Notes under the pieces: generated by a model
What the model was told of the DNA's origin: nothing
Seen by the model: the letters and a program-made list of their open reading frames with translations, nothing else
The model's database searches: none
NCBI GenBank assembly: GCA_964640595.1
Contig: CAZXGL010000019.1
Span: 5,075-69,074, forward strand
Length of the DNA: 64,000 nucleotides
Direction: 5' to 3'
Source of the DNA: an uncultured Phycisphaeraceae bacterium
Lineage (GTDB): Bacteria; Planctomycetota; Phycisphaerae; Phycisphaerales; UBA1924
Translations under genes and position numbers: made by a program
In this document: positions 1-8,558 of the stretch, piece by piece
Layout of the letters: the number at the start of each line of letters is the position of its first letter
Numbering within the stretch: the first letter of the stretch is position 1

Positions 1-1445
1 TCCTCGAACGCGGACACGACGACCGGTTGAATCTCGAACCGCATCGCGTCGTGCCACCGCTCGGCCGGCTTGGGCTTCTTCGCGGCGGGTTTCGTGCTCT
101 TTGGTTCGGCCTTTGCCATCGCTTTTTCGTCCGAGTCTTCGGGCGTTTTCTCCGGCTCGTCGGGTGTCTTCGCTCCCTCGGCCGCCGCTTCCTCGGCGGC
201 CTCCACTTTCAATGCCTCGCCGAACCGATCCCGCAGCTCCCCCCGCGTCAGCGAGACTGTCGCGGCGTAGATCGAGTCCGTGCCGCTCTGATCCGAGACA
301 AAGTACAGCCGCGACATGTCCGGCGACCACGCGATGTCCTTCTCCCTGGCGGCCCCTTCAGTCACACGGCGCGTCGGGCTGCCGTCCTCCACTGCCCGCA
401 CGAACACATCCCCGAACGCCACGAAGGCCATCACCTTGCCGTCCGGGCTGAGCACGGCCTCGTCCGCGTCCGAACTGACATCGCGTGTCGCCCGCTTGGG
501 GAAAGCGTCCGCCGGGGCGGTGATCGTCAGACGCTTGGGCGTGTCCAGCCGCTTGCCTTTGAATCGGGCGATATACAGACCGTCCCACTTGACGAACGCC
601 ACCACCCGGCCATCGGCGGAGACATCGAACCCACTGATATCGCGGTCGTCGAACTCGGTCAGACGCAACGGTTCGGTGCTCTTGCCCACTTCCAACGCCC
701 ACAATCCAATCGTATTTTGCGCCTCCGGGCCGCGGTCGGAAAGGAAGACGAGTGTGTCCTTGTTGCGCCACCTCGGTTGCGCATCGTGGCCTGCCCAGTC
801 GGTCAGACGCTCGAAACTGCCGTCGGTCGTGTGGTAGAGATAGATATCCCTATTGTCCGCGCCGCGGTAGTGCCGGCGGGTCAGGCTGGTTCCCCCACGC
901 TCAAACGCGTACACATCCCCCGTTCCACGCCCGCTCGATGGGTTGACCGCCGCGTGCTGTCCGAAGGCATCGTGCAGGCGCACCAGAGGTCCGCCCTCGA
1001 ATGCCACGCGGTACGGGCGCGCCGACCGGTAGGTATCCCCCTCGACCGACCCGGACACCAAGATGGACCGCCCGTCGGTCGAGAATCCGGACAGGCTGAC
1101 GCTCGCGTCGTCCACCGTCACCTGGCGTACATCCGTGCCGTCCGGACGCATGACATGGATTGCTCGGCGTCCGCTGCGCTCGGATTCGAACGCGATCCAC
1201 TGCCCATCAGGGCTCCAGGCCGATCCGAGGTCGTTGGCCGGGTGGGCCGTCAAGCGGGAGGCTGCGCCACCGTCCGTGCCCACCCGCCAGAGGTCGCCCC
1301 GCCAGGAAAACACCACCTGGCGTCCGTCCGGGCTGAGCGACGGGAACCTAGGCAGGTCCACCTCGCCAGCTACCGCCTGGCCGAGGCAGGAAATCACCAA
1401 GAACCCACAGACAGTCGAAACAAAGGCCCGTACGCCTGGCGTCAT
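1..1445 (-). CDS. PD40/TolB-like beta-propeller repeat protein, N-terminal part of a probable tricorn-type S41 peptidase; 3' end runs off the window
   Basis: Absent from the ORF track because it stays open to position 1. Reverse-strand ATG at 1445-1443. Translation starts MTPGVRAFVSTVCGFLVISCLGQAVAGEVDLPRFPSLSPDGRQVVFSWRGDLWRV...AWSPDGQWIAFESERSG... It has a signal peptide, repeated SPDG/PD40 motifs and strong GC3 bias in this frame. Confidence 0.6.
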   Translation of the reverse strand, partial: MTPGVRAFVSTVCGFLVISCLGQAVAGEVDLPRFPSLSPDGRQVVFSWRGDLWRVGTDGGAASRLTAHPANDLGSAWSPDGQWIAFESERSGRRAIHVMRPDGTDVRQVTVDDASVSLSGFSTDGRSILVSGSVEGDTYRSARPYRVAFEGGPLVRLHDAFGQHAAVNPSSGRGTGDVYAFERGGTSLTRRHYRGADNRDIYLYHTTDGSFERLTDWAGHDAQPRWRNKDTLVFLSDRGPEAQNTIGLWALEVGKSTEPLRLTEFDDRDISGFDVSADGRVVAFVKWDGLYIARFKGKRLDTPKRLTITAPADAFPKRATRDVSSDADEAVLSPDGKVMAFVAFGDVFVRAVEDGSPTRRVTEGAAREKDIAWSPDMSRLYFVSDQSGTDSIYAATVSLTRGELRDRFGEALKVEAAEEAAAEGAKTPDEPEKTPEDSDEKAMAKAEPKSTKPAAKKPKPAERWHDAMRFEIQPVVVSAFE

Positions 1446-1724
1446 TCTTCAACACTCCACTTGGTATCGACAGCTCGATCAGTCGGGCGCGGAATCGTGC
1501 CCGGAGCGTTTAATGTACCAGCAATCGCGATTCCTGTCGCAATATCTATATCTTCATTTCCACCAGCGACTTACGGCCACATCGCCGGTCTGCCTCTCAG
1601 AATGAACCCCGATTCATGGGGATTTCAGCACCCTTCCATGCCCCTTCCGCATGATTCTCAGATGGAACGGGCAGCGTGCCCGGACCAATCCAGGATCCAC
1701 GCAATTCCGTGAGAGGGCAACTCC

Positions 1725-1883
1725 ATGAAAAACCTCATCAAGCACTTGGGCCGCCTTGCGACCGTCACTGCCGCCTGCCTCATCGGTGTCAGCAGCGTCG
1801 TTCTGACCGCCTGCAACACCACCGAGGGCCTCGGCAAGGACATCGAAGCCGCGGGCGAAGGCATCCAAGACGCGGCGGACTGA
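1725..1883 (+). CDS. entericidin A/B-family small lipoprotein (52 aa)
   Basis: ORF below the track size cutoff. Sequence is MKNLIKHLGRLATVTAACLIGVSSVVLTACNTTEGLGKDIEAAGEGIQDAAD. The lipobox LTAC followed by NTT.G.G.DI..AG..I..AA closely resembles E. coli EcnA/EcnB. Confidence 0.6.
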   Translation: MKNLIKHLGRLATVTAACLIGVSSVVLTACNTTEGLGKDIEAAGEGIQDAAD

Positions 1884-1922
1884 ACGCACAGTCACCACAC
1901 GGAACACACCAAGGAGAAAGTC

Positions 1923-2099
1923 ATGCTGAGCTGGGCAATCGTATTTTTCATCATCGCCATTATCGCGGCCATCTTCGGCTTCGGCGGCATCGCAGCCGGC
2001 GCGTCGTCGATCGCCCAGATTCTTTTCTTCCTGTTCCTCATCCTCTTTGTTGTTTCGCTGATCTTCGGCGTTGTCCGGGGCAAGAAGCCGGTTGTCTGA
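1923..2099 (+). CDS. ytjA: DUF1328/UPF0391 small membrane protein (YtjA-like, 58 aa)
   Basis: Sequence is [58 protein letters not shown]. It carries the FGFGG signature of the YtjA family. Strong RBS AAGGAG lies 6 nt upstream of the ATG. Confidence 0.65.
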   Translation: MLSWAIVFFIIAIIAAIFGFGGIAAGASSIAQILFFLFLILFVVSLIFGVVRGKKPVV

Positions 2100-2190
2100 C
2101 GGCTTATACGCCACCGAACCAGCGACACGGAGGGGCCCTCCCCCTCACCCCTGCCTCCCCCACCCACCACCCACTCCAAAGGAGATTCAC

Positions 2191-2397
2191 ATGTCCCGAC
2201 AATCAAAGCTCATCCGCGTCACTGGTGCTGCATGGCTGGCTGCGGCTGGCCTTGCGCTTGGGGCCTGCGACGCAAACGATTCTCCCGCTGAGGAAGCCGG
2301 CCGGGCCATCGATCATGCAGCCGACGACGCCGCCGATGCAATCGAAGATGCTGGCGACCGGATCGATGACGCCGTCGATGCGGTTCAGGACCCATGA
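2191..2397 (+). CDS. small Asp/Ala-rich lipoprotein (68 aa)
   Basis: Internal ATG of track ORF 2071..2397, preceded by AAGGAG. Sequence starts MSRQSKLIRVTGAAWLAAAGLALGAC (lipobox LGAC), followed by an acidic D/A-rich tail. Confidence 0.5.
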   Translation: MSRQSKLIRVTGAAWLAAAGLALGACDANDSPAEEAGRAIDHAADDAADAIEDAGDRIDDAVDAVQDP

Positions 2398-2430
2398 GCT
2401 GAATCAGATCCCGATAATTCCAGTCCAACC

Positions 2431-2469
2431 AATGCATCCCGGTCTCATGGCCGGGATGCATTTGCTTTA
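2431..2469 (+). terminator. rho-independent terminator after the small-protein cluster
   Basis: Perfect 12-bp stem aatgcatcccgg / ccgggatgcatt with an 8-nt loop, followed by tgctttat. Confidence 0.5.
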
Positions 2470-2515
2470 TCCAGCCTGTGCGGGGGACGGGAACCGGGGG
2501 TTCACGAAAAACCGA

Positions 2516-2755
2516 TCAACGGCCCCGCTCGCGTTCACCAGCTGTCCAGCGATCCATTGAGCCGATGGCCCCGCGTGCCAACGCCCGCGCCAACCAGACC
2601 GCACTCAGGAAAATTGCCAGCAGGAACACGGCATCAACCCAGGCTCGCTCATCGGGCTGTGGCGTACCGAACAGGGCGTACCCACTCAGGAGGGCCGCGA
2701 GAGCGCAACCCACCCCCATCCCCCAGGTCAGCATGTTCAGGGCTGATGACCTCAT
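2516..2755 (-). CDS. hypothetical small two-TM membrane protein
   Basis: Track ORF 2516..2779 starts at TTG; the first ATG is at 2755 (MRSSALNMLTWGMGVGCALAALLSGYALFG...FLLAIFLSAVWLARAL). It has two hydrophobic segments. No recognised family and a weak RBS. Confidence 0.3.
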   Translation of the reverse strand: MRSSALNMLTWGMGVGCALAALLSGYALFGTPQPDERAWVDAVFLLAIFLSAVWLARALARGAIGSMDRWTAGERERGR

Positions 2756-2813
2756 CACTCTAATATATTGTGACACCAAATGAAACTTCCCCCACGAGGG
2801 GGTGAAATTTAAA

Positions 2814-4361
2814 TCATTCTGCTCGGCCCACCGGGGAACGGCCCAACACTCGCCGCGGATCGTTCAAGGGCAATCGCACCTGAAACAGGCATCCCCCGTC
2901 CACGTTGTTCTCCACACTGATCCGCCCGCCGTGCAGCTCCGCGATGCCTTGGGCGATGGCCAGGCCCAAGCCATAGCCGCTTGCTCGGCCGCTCTGCTGA
3001 TTCTCTGCCTGGCGAAACCGATCAAAAACCGACCCAATGTGATCACAAGGTATACCGGCCCCCTGGTCTTTCACGCGGACACAAACCCATGCGTCGTCAA
3101 TATCGAGCGAGACCTCCACCCGTTTGCCGGACGGCGTGAACCGGATCGCGTTGCGGATCAGGTTGTCCAGCATTGTCCGCAACAACTCAGGCTCTCCCGA
3201 GACTGCGGCATCAAGTGAATCCTCGTCCTCGAGCAGCGTAACGCTGAGCACAACCCCCGCCTGTTCGGCAACCTTCGCGCAGTGATCAGCCGCATCCATG
3301 ACAAGATCGTTCACCCCGTACCGCTTCCCGCGGATCTGGTGATTGCCGTCTCGCACCCGGGCAAGCGTCAGGAAACTTTCCACGAGTTTGCCCAGCCGCA
3401 GCATTTCCTCCTCGGTTGATTCCACGAAGGCCAGCACATCCTCCGAGATGCCTGCCGCCCGCAGAGTCTGCGCTTCGGTCAGAACCACCGCGATCGGAGT
3501 CTTGAGTTCGTGCGAGACATTCGTCATGAAGCGTTCCTGCACCTCGAATGCGTTGCGGATGCGAACGCGGGCCTCCTCAAGCTGGTCCCGCAACTCTGCC
3601 AGTTCCGTGTTTCGGACAGGCAGATCCAGGGTTTTGTTGAGCGACTGCGGCCCAAGCTCGCTGGCAAGCTTCCGGAGTCGCTCGAACGGCGCAACGGCGA
3701 TCCCCGCGATGTACCAGCCGCAAGCCCCCGTCACCAGGGGGCCAAGCAACGCGGATATGAGAAACATCCGCATGACCATGCGGAGCTGGGCCTGCGCCAT
3801 GCTGTCATCGGATGCCACCACGAAGACATAGGGCTCCAGGTCCGCCCCAAGGATCACCATCCCGACCGCCCGAACCCGGCTCTTTTTCCCATCGAACACG
3901 GGCGTGCCGATCTTGAGATAGACGACATGATCACTCGCCAGCACATCTGCCACCGGGACATCCAATGGCGAAAAGATGGCCGGGCCGCCGGCCCTCGCTG
4001 GACGGCCGTCCTTCCGATACACCTCGATGGCGATCCGATCAGAATGCAGGTACTGCGACTGCTTCTGAGTAAAAGAGTCCAGCCACTCCCGATCAGTGCC
4101 GGGTACCATCCGCGAAAGCTCGTTGACCATCTCCTCAGCTCGTTCTGCCAGACGCTTGTCAAACACCCGGTTGATCGAAGCTGATTGATACAACCACAGC
4201 ACGCCGCTGATCGACCACTGGATCACCGTGAAGATCGCCACGACCCATAGCGTCAAGCGGATCCGCATCGACACGCGCGGCCGCCCCCCCCCTCCCGCTC
4301 TCCCTACCCGCTCTCCCCGCCCGCCAGACCCATTCCATGCTGTCTTTGATCCGGATTCCAT
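2814..4361 (-). CDS. sensor histidine kinase (HAMP-HisKA-HATPase), CusS/CopS-like by pairing
   Basis: H-box FMTNVSHELKTPIAVV; N/G boxes LIRNAIRFTP, DQGAGIP, GYGLGLAIA. Sits 4 nt downstream of the CusR-like regulator. An alternative start is ATG 4268 (MRIRLTLWVVAIF...). Confidence 0.85.
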   Translation of the reverse strand: MESGSKTAWNGSGGRGERVGRAGGGGRPRVSMRIRLTLWVVAIFTVIQWSISGVLWLYQSASINRVFDKRLAERAEEMVNELSRMVPGTDREWLDSFTQKQSQYLHSDRIAIEVYRKDGRPARAGGPAIFSPLDVPVADVLASDHVVYLKIGTPVFDGKKSRVRAVGMVILGADLEPYVFVVASDDSMAQAQLRMVMRMFLISALLGPLVTGACGWYIAGIAVAPFERLRKLASELGPQSLNKTLDLPVRNTELAELRDQLEEARVRIRNAFEVQERFMTNVSHELKTPIAVVLTEAQTLRAAGISEDVLAFVESTEEEMLRLGKLVESFLTLARVRDGNHQIRGKRYGVNDLVMDAADHCAKVAEQAGVVLSVTLLEDEDSLDAAVSGEPELLRTMLDNLIRNAIRFTPSGKRVEVSLDIDDAWVCVRVKDQGAGIPCDHIGSVFDRFRQAENQQSGRASGYGLGLAIAQGIAELHGGRISVENNVDGGCLFQVRLPLNDPRRVLGRSPVGRAE

Positions 4362-4365
4362 GGAG

Positions 4366-5040
4366 TCAATCCATTACACCGAACCGGTAGCCAGCACCTT
4401 TGATCGTGTGGATCAACTCTCGTTCAAAGCCGCGGTCAACTTTCTTGCGCAGTGACGAGATGTAGACATCGATGACATTGCTTCCAGGCTCAAAGTTCAT
4501 GTCCCAGACCTTCTCGGCGATCTGCGTCCGGGACAGCACCCGGTTCGGATTCCGCATCAGGTACTCGAGCAGGCCGAACTCCTTGTTGGACAGCTCATAA
4601 TCCTCCCCACCGCGTTTGGCCGTCCGCGTGTACAGATCCAGTTCCAGATCCTCGCAGGTCAGCGTCCGCCCCTCCGTCGCCTCGCCCCGGCGCAGCAACG
4701 CCCGAACCCGCGCCAGCAACTCGTCGAACTCGAAGGGCTTAGTCAGATAGTCATCCGCTCCCGCGTCGAGCCCCGCCACCTTGTCGTGCGTTCCGGAGAG
4801 GGCCGTCAGCATCAGCACGGGCTTGTTGATCTCGCGACGACGCAGGTTGCGGCACACATCCACTCCGTCACGATCCGGAAGCATCACATCCAGAATCACC
4901 AGATCGTACGGCTCGATCGCCGCAAGCTCCTCACCCTCATACCCCGTGTGGCATGCGTCCGCCGCGTAGCCGTGTTCCGTCAGTCCCCGCTGAATGGCCA
5001 TCGCCATCTTCGGATTGTCCTCGATGATCAACACGCGCAT
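4366..5040 (-). CDS. OmpR-family response regulator of the heavy-metal (CusR/CopR) subgroup
   Basis: Receiver MRVLIIEDN...DLVILDVMLPDRDG...TKPF. The winged-helix part has VWDMNFEPGSNVIDVYISSLRKKVD...LIHTIKGAGYRF, very close to the CusR signature VWDMNFDSDTNAIDV. RBS AAGGAG upstream. Confidence 0.9.
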   Translation of the reverse strand: MRVLIIEDNPKMAMAIQRGLTEHGYAADACHTGYEGEELAAIEPYDLVILDVMLPDRDGVDVCRNLRRREINKPVLMLTALSGTHDKVAGLDAGADDYLTKPFEFDELLARVRALLRRGEATEGRTLTCEDLELDLYTRTAKRGGEDYELSNKEFGLLEYLMRNPNRVLSRTQIAEKVWDMNFEPGSNVIDVYISSLRKKVDRGFERELIHTIKGAGYRFGVMD

Positions 5041-5131
5041 GTGCCCTGCTCCTTAGAGATAAGTCTCTTGTCCTTTCATGATAGTTGAAAACCAAGCCCA
5101 ATGCATCCTCGCTCCGCGTCGGAATGTCAAA

Positions 5132-5147
5132 ATGAAACTCATTTCAT
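5132..5147. promoter_or_regulatory. inverted repeat in the AT-rich divergent promoter region of the two-component operon
   Basis: ATGAAA-ctca-TTTCAT (6-bp arms) lies in an unusually AT-rich stretch (about 5050-5160), between the regulator start and the cupredoxin-like remnant. Function is inferred only. Confidence 0.25.
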
Positions 5148-5568
5148 ACTGAGCATCCCACCCCTTGTCCCGGCCGCTTTTCCGCTTCCGGATCGGACTC
5201 GAAGCGATGGGAGCTGGCTCTTGCTCACTCCCACTCACCCCGCCCCCTCAACCTCTCCCGCGTCCTCCCCTTCGTAAACCCACCTGGCCTGGCTGTTTGG
5301 CACGGCATGCTCCAGAGCACCCAAGAGGCATCCGACCACACGATTGCCGCGCTTGCATCCCGCCGAGTCCGCTTCTCAACAACATCTTCGCGGGACCCTC
5401 ACGCAACCAAAGCCAACGCGGTTCCTTCGCACCCATCATCTCTCTTCCCCCCTCCCCCCAATCCCCCTTCTGCCGCTGTTCACTCATCCGTTCAGTTCGA
5501 TCACCGCTCACATCATTCTGACCCTTACCGGAGTCATTCATGCATGCCGTCCCCATGCCGCACTGACG

Positions 5569-6228
5569 ATGCCCGAGGTTTCCTCACCATCCTCCTTCAC
5601 CGCACACGGCCTTGCCTGTGTGGAAACCGACCAGGACAACCGCCGGAATCCACAAAAACGCCCACTCATGGTGTTCTTGTCACCAACGGCCTCGATGTCG
5701 TGCTGACCGGCACGCATGGTTGCTCCCAGCTCCCTCTTCACGCCAAGGATGCCAACTTCTCCCTCGTCAAGCCCGCCGGCTACGCCATCTCGCTCCAGAA
5801 CGAGCGCGGCATCCCGCACACCATGTGATGCGCGACGGCGCGCCCAACGGCGACCCCATCCTGTTCATTGACGGCAACACCTATCCCGCCCGCTTCAACC
5901 CTCGGGTTGCACGCCGATTTCCAGATGAGCATCCACGCCCCCGACGAGGCCGTCGGCACCGAGCCTTTCCTCGTCAATATCTTCAACGGCTCCGAACGCT
6001 CCACCATCGCGTCCCGCGTTCTCTGCCCGACCCACTGCCCCCCCCATGTGGTTTGATGCCCAGCCGGACCCCCTTTACACCGCCATCGCCACAACCGACA
6101 CCAGCCCCACCACAACTAGTCCGCTCCCCCCCCCCGCGATCTGCACGCGGACGCCTAATGGTTCGAAATCCGCACCACCGACATCATCCACAACCAGACC
6201 CATACCACCCGCCACTCCTTCCGAGTGA
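5569..6228 (+). pseudogene. frameshifted cupredoxin-like (type-1 copper) protein gene remnant
   Basis: GC3-rich coding signal hops between frames. Segments: VLVTNGLDVVLTG...FSLVKPAGYAISLQNERGIPHTM then TGA at 5826; MRDGAPNGDPILFIDGNTYPARFNP in the next frame; back to LHADFQMSIHAPDEAVGTEPFLVNIFNGSERSTIASRVLCPTH. An 8-C run (6038-6045) follows. Removing one C gives C-P-T-H-C-P-P-M, a Cys-x2-His-x3-Met copper-ligand loop, and the upstream PH could be the first His ligand. Boundaries are approximate. Confidence 0.3.
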
Positions 6229-6328
6229 GCCCCGCCCAGACCAGTATGGCCCGGCCCGCCCGGTAACCGAGCGTCCCATCCAATGCAAAACGCCTGGCTT
6301 TCGTCGGGCGTTCCTGCATGGTCTCAAG

Positions 6329-6402
6329 CACCCCGGGTTGGATTCGAACCAACGACCTGCGGATTAGAAGTCCGCTGCTCTATCCAGCTGAGCTACCGGG
6401 GC
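6329..6402 (-). tRNA. tRNA-Arg (anticodon UCU)
   Basis: Reverse complement is GCCCCGGTAGCTCAGCTGGATAGAGCAGCGGACTTCTAATCCGCAGGTCGTTGGTTCGAATCCAACCCGGGGTG. It folds as a cloverleaf with anticodon loop CTTCTAA and T-loop TTCGAAT. No encoded CCA. Confidence 0.85.
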
Positions 6403-6545
6403 CAGCGGGGAGCCGTCGGCGGCTCTCGCACGGAGAGTTTCGCCCTTTCAGCCCGATTGTCAATCCATCCAACAGACTTCCCCCGCCCTCCGCCCCCCAC
6501 TTCCAGCCCCTCACCCGGAACTCGGTAAATGATGCCCTTGCTGCG

Positions 6546-6599
6546 TTGACTTCGCGCAACGTACCCGTATCATCATTGAGATTGAGAATCAATCTCAAT
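6546..6599 (+). promoter_or_regulatory. sigma70-like promoter (TTGACT-16 nt-TATCAT) with an overlapping 11-bp perfect palindrome (operator candidate)
   Basis: -35 at 6546-6551, -10 at 6568-6573. Palindrome ATTGAGATTGA-gaa-TCAATCTCAAT at 6575-6599. This is an AT-rich island in a GC-rich genome, about 220-240 nt upstream of the PEP-CTERM gene. Confidence 0.35.
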
Positions 6600-6816
6600 T
6601 GTGGGCCAGCGACCGGCCCACGCCGCGGACGGACCGACGCGCCGGGACACACGCTGGCCGACAGATGATCACCGCCACCCGCTCGGAGACGCGCCTGAGC
6701 AGGTTTGTCGTGTTTGTCCCAGTCGGACGCCCAGCACCCCGACGGACCCGCCCGAGGCAAACCCGGCCGCAATCCGCAAGGCCCCGGTAAAACCGGGATT
6801 CCCTTGGAGGTGCGTT

Positions 6817-7548
6817 ATGCAAAGAGAGTCTCTGTTCAGCATCATTCTGCTCGCGTCGGCGAGCATCGCCCAGGCCGCGTTCATCGATCCGGGCCTCGCC
6901 GGCAACACCCAGTATGACGGCTGGGTCGGCCTGACCGCCAGCAACTACCCGGGCTACGGCTCGTTCCCCGGAAATGGAGCGTGGCCCGCTCCCATCATCT
7001 CCAACACCGCTGGCTCGGGCGATGCCTACCTCCGCAAGGTCTCCAATGGACCGGGCGGTGGCCCCTACCTCGCGGGCGGCAGCATCTACTTCGGCGGCTT
7101 CAGCGCGGAAGTGAACTACGACGGCGGCACGCTGGCCGTGGGCGACAACACCGTCGTGGACAACCTCTCCAATGTCGTCTTCCAGATCGAGATCGGCGAG
7201 GCCTGGACCTACGACTTCCACAACCGCCAGTTGCCGGTCCTCAGCTTCAACGGTGGCAGCCAGCAGCTTGTGGCGGATGTCACCCTCCTGGTGGACCAGG
7301 TCCACAATGGGACCGTCGACATGCCCACCGGCCCCGAGGATGTTTACATCAACTCCTGGCTCGTTCAGTGGGATCTTTCGGCCTACACCGGCATCACCGA
7401 CTTCGAGATCTCGTTCACCGGCGTCCAGCACGCGCAGTTGTACTCACTGCGTCTGGACCAGTCGGATGTCTACGCCGCCGTTCCCACTCCGGCATCGCTC
7501 GCCCTGCTCTCGCTCGGCGGCCTGATCGCGACCCGTCGCCGTCGCTGA
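6817..7548 (+). CDS. secreted protein with PEP-CTERM-type C-terminal sorting signal
   Basis: Internal ATG with GGAGG RBS. Signal peptide MQRESLFSIILLASASIAQA. C-terminus is VPTPASLALLSLGGLIATRRRR (P-x-P motif, TM helix, basic tail). Confidence 0.75.
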   Translation: MQRESLFSIILLASASIAQAAFIDPGLAGNTQYDGWVGLTASNYPGYGSFPGNGAWPAPIISNTAGSGDAYLRKVSNGPGGGPYLAGGSIYFGGFSAEVNYDGGTLAVGDNTVVDNLSNVVFQIEIGEAWTYDFHNRQLPVLSFNGGSQQLVADVTLLVDQVHNGTVDMPTGPEDVYINSWLVQWDLSAYTGITDFEISFTGVQHAQLYSLRLDQSDVYAAVPTPASLALLSLGGLIATRRRR

Positions 7549-7690
7549 TGCACACTCCTGAACACGGGACGCGCCCGTGATCCGCACCGGATCGTGACCG
7601 TCCGATGGGGCCGCGCGTCGGACCACCCTCCCGCTGGTGGCGGGAGGGCGTCCGTGCCCCATCGGCGGTCGCTTTTCACGAGCCGCCGCC

Positions 7691-8494
7691 ATGAGCACCC
7701 GCGCCTTCACACTCATCGAACTCCTGGTCGTCATCGCGATCATCGCGCTGCTGACCGGCATCCTTCTCCCCTCCCTCGCCCAAACCCGTCTCACGGCCAA
7801 GGCCCTCCAGGAATCCGCCATGGCCCGGCAGCTCATGCTCGGCTACGCCTCCTACACGCACGATCATCGCGACTTCGTCCTGCCCGGCCACATCAACGAC
7901 ATGCCCGAGATCAACGACGACGGGGGCCGCCCGCTCCGACCCGCCGAGGTGGTCCGCCGCTGGCCCTGGCGCATGGTCAACTCCATGGGTGTGGGCATCC
8001 ACGGCAGCATTCTCATCCACGAACGATCCACCGCCCTTGAGGACCGCTCCCAGGCCATGTGGTCCTACATGGTCAGCCTCACCCCCAGCCTCGGTCTGAA
8101 CATGTACGCCCTCGGAGGCGACCTGTCGGCCAACGGCGCCAACAACATGCCCGGCTGCCTGCGCCGATCAACCGATGCGTTTCAGCCTTCTCGCCTGATC
8201 GTCTTCGCTTCCGCCTGGTCCGCCGGCCAGTTCGAGCCTGTCCGCGGCTACCACAAGATCGTGCCCCCCACCAAGTCTTTCGAGTACAGCACGCGGGGCT
8301 GGACCACGGACGCCTTCAACCCCCACGCCACCGACCCATCCGCCTGGGGCTATGTCGATGCCCGCTGGGCGGGCGGCGCCGTCACCGCTCATCTCGACGG
8401 CCACGCCACAACGCAGTCCATCGAGACCCTTCGCGACATGACCCGCTGGTCCAACACCGCAGCCCTCCGCTCCGATCCCGGCTGGCGGCCCTGA
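7691..8494 (+). CDS. prepilin-type N-terminal cleavage/methylation domain protein, DUF1559-like
   Basis: N-terminus MSTRAFTLIELLVVIAIIALLTGILLPSLAQTR. C-terminal AHLDGH segment is typical of the planctomycete H-X9-DG/DUF1559 family. The ATG is internal to track ORF 7637..8494. Confidence 0.8.
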   Translation: MSTRAFTLIELLVVIAIIALLTGILLPSLAQTRLTAKALQESAMARQLMLGYASYTHDHRDFVLPGHINDMPEINDDGGRPLRPAEVVRRWPWRMVNSMGVGIHGSILIHERSTALEDRSQAMWSYMVSLTPSLGLNMYALGGDLSANGANNMPGCLRRSTDAFQPSRLIVFASAWSAGQFEPVRGYHKIVPPTKSFEYSTRGWTTDAFNPHATDPSAWGYVDARWAGGAVTAHLDGHATTQSIETLRDMTRWSNTAALRSDPGWRP

Positions 8495-8558
8495 CCCCAC
8501 CTCCCCCCCCCACTCCTCCGGCACACCACCGATGCGCAAGGCATTCAGAAGGTCACGG

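Noticed and set aside
27-1712. 561-aa plus-strand ORF (TTG start), the longest ORF listed at the window start
   Set aside because: It is Arg/Pro/Gly-rich low-complexity translation. It lies exactly antisense to a GC3-biased minus-strand frame encoding a PD40 repeat protein with a signal peptide. This is a typical high-GC shadow ORF.
5612-6367. 251-aa plus-strand ORF spanning the C-rich region
   Set aside because: It is a Pro/Arg-rich translation that runs through tRNA-Arg. Only a short middle segment looks coding, and that segment is better explained as one frame of the frameshifted cupredoxin remnant.
6601-6816. N-terminal extension of the PEP-CTERM protein ORF, plus antisense ORF 6595-7431
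   Set aside because: The extension lacks coding bias and precedes a good RBS, ATG and signal peptide at 6817. The antisense ORF is a shadow.
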